Assembly: GCA_036785375.1 (NCBI GenBank)
Contig: JAWMAR010003932.1
Coordinates: 1 to 64,000, forward strand
Direction of reading: 5' to 3'
From: Leucoraja ocellata
Taxonomy: Eukaryota
Length of the DNA stretch: 64,000 nt
The notes beneath the pieces were generated by a model. It saw only the letters and a program-made list of their open reading frames with translations. It did no database searches and was not told the DNA's origin. The position numbers and the translations under genes are program-made. Positions 61,830-64,000 of this stretch are shown piece by piece. Position 1 is the stretch's first letter; every line of letters starts with the position of its first letter.

Positions 61830-63845
61830 CCCTATTGCATTCGTAATAAGGTGGATGAGTTGAATGTGCAGATAACTGTTCATCACTATGATATAGTTGT
61901 GTTCACGGAGACATGGCTCCAGGGTGACCAAGGCTGGGAGCTGAACATCCAGGGTTATGCAATATTCAGGAGAGAGACAGAAAGGAAAAGAAGGTGAGGT
62001 AGCGTTGATGATTAAAGAGGAGTTTAACGCAATAGAAAATAAGGTCATTAGCTTGGAGGATGTGGAATCGATATGGGTAGACCTGCGAAACACTAAGGGG
62101 CAGAAAACACTAGTGGGAGTTGTGTACAGGCCACCTAACGGTAGTAGTGCAGTTGGGGAAGGCATCAAAAAGGAAATTTAAAATGCGTGCAACAAAGGTA
62201 AAACAGTTATGATGGGTGACTTCAATCTACATATAGATTGGGTGAATCAAATTGGCAGGGGTCCTGAGGAAGAGGATTTCTTGGAATGTATTGCGGGATA
62301 GTTTTCTAAACCAACATGTTGATGAACCAACGAGACAGCAGGCTATTCTAGACTGGGTATTGAGTAATGAGGAAGGGTTGGTTTGCAGTATTGTTGTGCA
62401 TGGCCCCTTGGGCAACAGTGTCCATAATATGGTTGAGTTCTTCATTAGGATGGAGAGTGACATGATTAATTCAGAAACAAGGTTTCCGAACTTAAAGAAA
62501 GGTTAATTTGAGGGTATGAGACGGGAATTGGCCAAGATAGACTGGCAATTGATTCTTAAAGGGTTGACGGTGGATATGCAATGGAAGGCATTTAAAGACT
62601 GCATGGATGAACTAAAACTGTCGTCGAATTAAGGAAAGACAACTATGCACAGACTAAAGGAGGCATAGAACGATGCCATGAGAACACTGCTATGGCAATC
62701 TAGATGGTGTAGTGCCAGTAAAATACTTGTGGTTGCAGTAGTCGGCACTAAAGAAGCTATCCTAAGACATCACATGTACAATTCATTTGCTTGATAAATG
62801 ACTCTAAAAATGTGCTTATTGTGTCCTTGTCAAACATAAGGGTTAGCACTACACGCTACGAATCCAAGCTGTGGAGACACTGGTTTCGTTGTCTCGTTGT
62901 AGGGCATTGATCGTACTTTTAATCTGGATTTTTAACTTATGTATTGTGTTTTTAAAAATATATTTAAATTATTGTTTTTATAAGTGATATACAAAGATTT
63001 TATATGTATTTTATGATATTTAATATGCAATGCATTTTTAATGTAATGTTGTCCCTTGTCTGGACNNNNNNNNNNNNNNNNNNNNNNNNNNNNNNNNNNN
63101 NNNNNNNNNNNNNNNNNNNNNNNNNNNNNNNNNNNNNNNNNNNNNNNNNNNNNNNNNNNNNNNNNNNNNNNNNNNNNNNNNNNNNNNNNNNNNNNNNNNN
63201 NNNCCCAGGTTGGCAAAATAATAAATCAGGGAAGGTAGTGTATGCGTGGATAACAAGGGAAATCAGGAATAGTATCAAAAGAAAAGATGAAGCATACAAA
63301 TTAGCCCGAAAAAGCAGCCTTCCAGAGGACTGGGATAAATTCAGTCCAACAGAGGAGGACAAAGGGCTTAATTAGGAAAGAGAAGATGGATTATACAAGA
63401 CAACTGGCAGGGAACATAAAAACTGACTGCAAACGTTTTTAGAGATATGTGAAGAGAAAAGGATTAGTTAAAACAAATGTAGGTCCGTTGCAGTCAGAAA
63501 CAGATTAATTGATCATTGGGAACAAGGACATTGGAGACCAGTTGAATAACTACTTTGTTTCTGTCTTCACCAAGGAAGACATACATAATCTGCCGGAACT
63601 AGCAGGAGACCGGAGGTCAAATGAGATGGAGAAACTGAGTGAAATCCAGGTTAGCCGGGAAGTGGTGTTAGGTAAATTGAATAGATTAAAGGCCGATAGA
63701 TCCCCAGGGCCAGATAGACTGCATCCCGGAGTAGTTAAGGAAGTAGCCCCAGAAATAGTGGTTGCATTAATGATAATTTTTAAAAACTCTTTAAATTCTG
63801 GAGTAGTTCCTGAGGATTGTAGGGTCGCTAATGTGTCCCCACTTT
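61830..63845 (+). mobile_element. Degenerate CR1 (endonuclease to start of RT) with an unrelated insertion at about 62612-63203
   Basis: TETWL, VGVVYRPPN, MGDFN, EPTRQQAILDWVL, SPGPDRLHP motifs. Confidence 0.85.
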
Positions 63846-63849
63846 TGTG

Positions 63850-64000
63850 CCACAGTGGAACCACAGTGCGACTCCATCATCAAGTTCGCTGACGACACCA
63901 CTATTGTGGGGCGTATCACTGACGGGGATGAGTCAGAATACAGAAGAGTGATCGAGCAACTGTCCATATGGTGCCAGCGCAATAACCTGGCCCTCAACAC
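63850..64000 (+). mobile_element. Rex1/Babar RT fragment running off the window end
   Basis: [24 protein letters not shown]. Confidence 0.75.

Overview
Eukaryotic, repeat-dense genomic DNA with assembly gaps. It is most likely from a cartilaginous fish (skate or ray), inferred from the CR1 LINEs, V-SINEs, Rex1/Babar, L2 and Penelope fragments and the GPR139-like receptor family. Four host genes can be reconstructed by reading splice sites, and the ORF track misses or truncates all of them. (1) A three-exon beta-defensin-like gene (4205-8707, +) encoding a 64-aa secreted cationic six-cysteine peptide. (2, 3) Two intact two-exon class A GPCRs of the GPR139/GPR142-like group on the minus strand (28503-30963 and 40241-42576). 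They arose by an old tandem duplication of about 10 kb and differ mainly in their extracellular, ligand-facing segments. (4) A more distant paralog on the plus strand (57774-59720) with a single premature stop before TM7. Mobile DNA includes a structurally complete but decayed DIRS1-type tyrosine-recombinase retrotransposon (49148-55374) with ITRs, ICR, a methyltransferase-like domain and a 12-bp recombination core. There is also an internally deleted class III (ERV-S/L-like) endogenous retrovirus with a tRNA-Ser PBS, a near-intact Rex1/Babar RT, many nested CR1 copies, minisatellite-bearing Helitron-like elements, a SINE with two alternative LINE tails, and Penelope-associated minimal hammerhead motifs. 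All calls are by eye; no database search was run.
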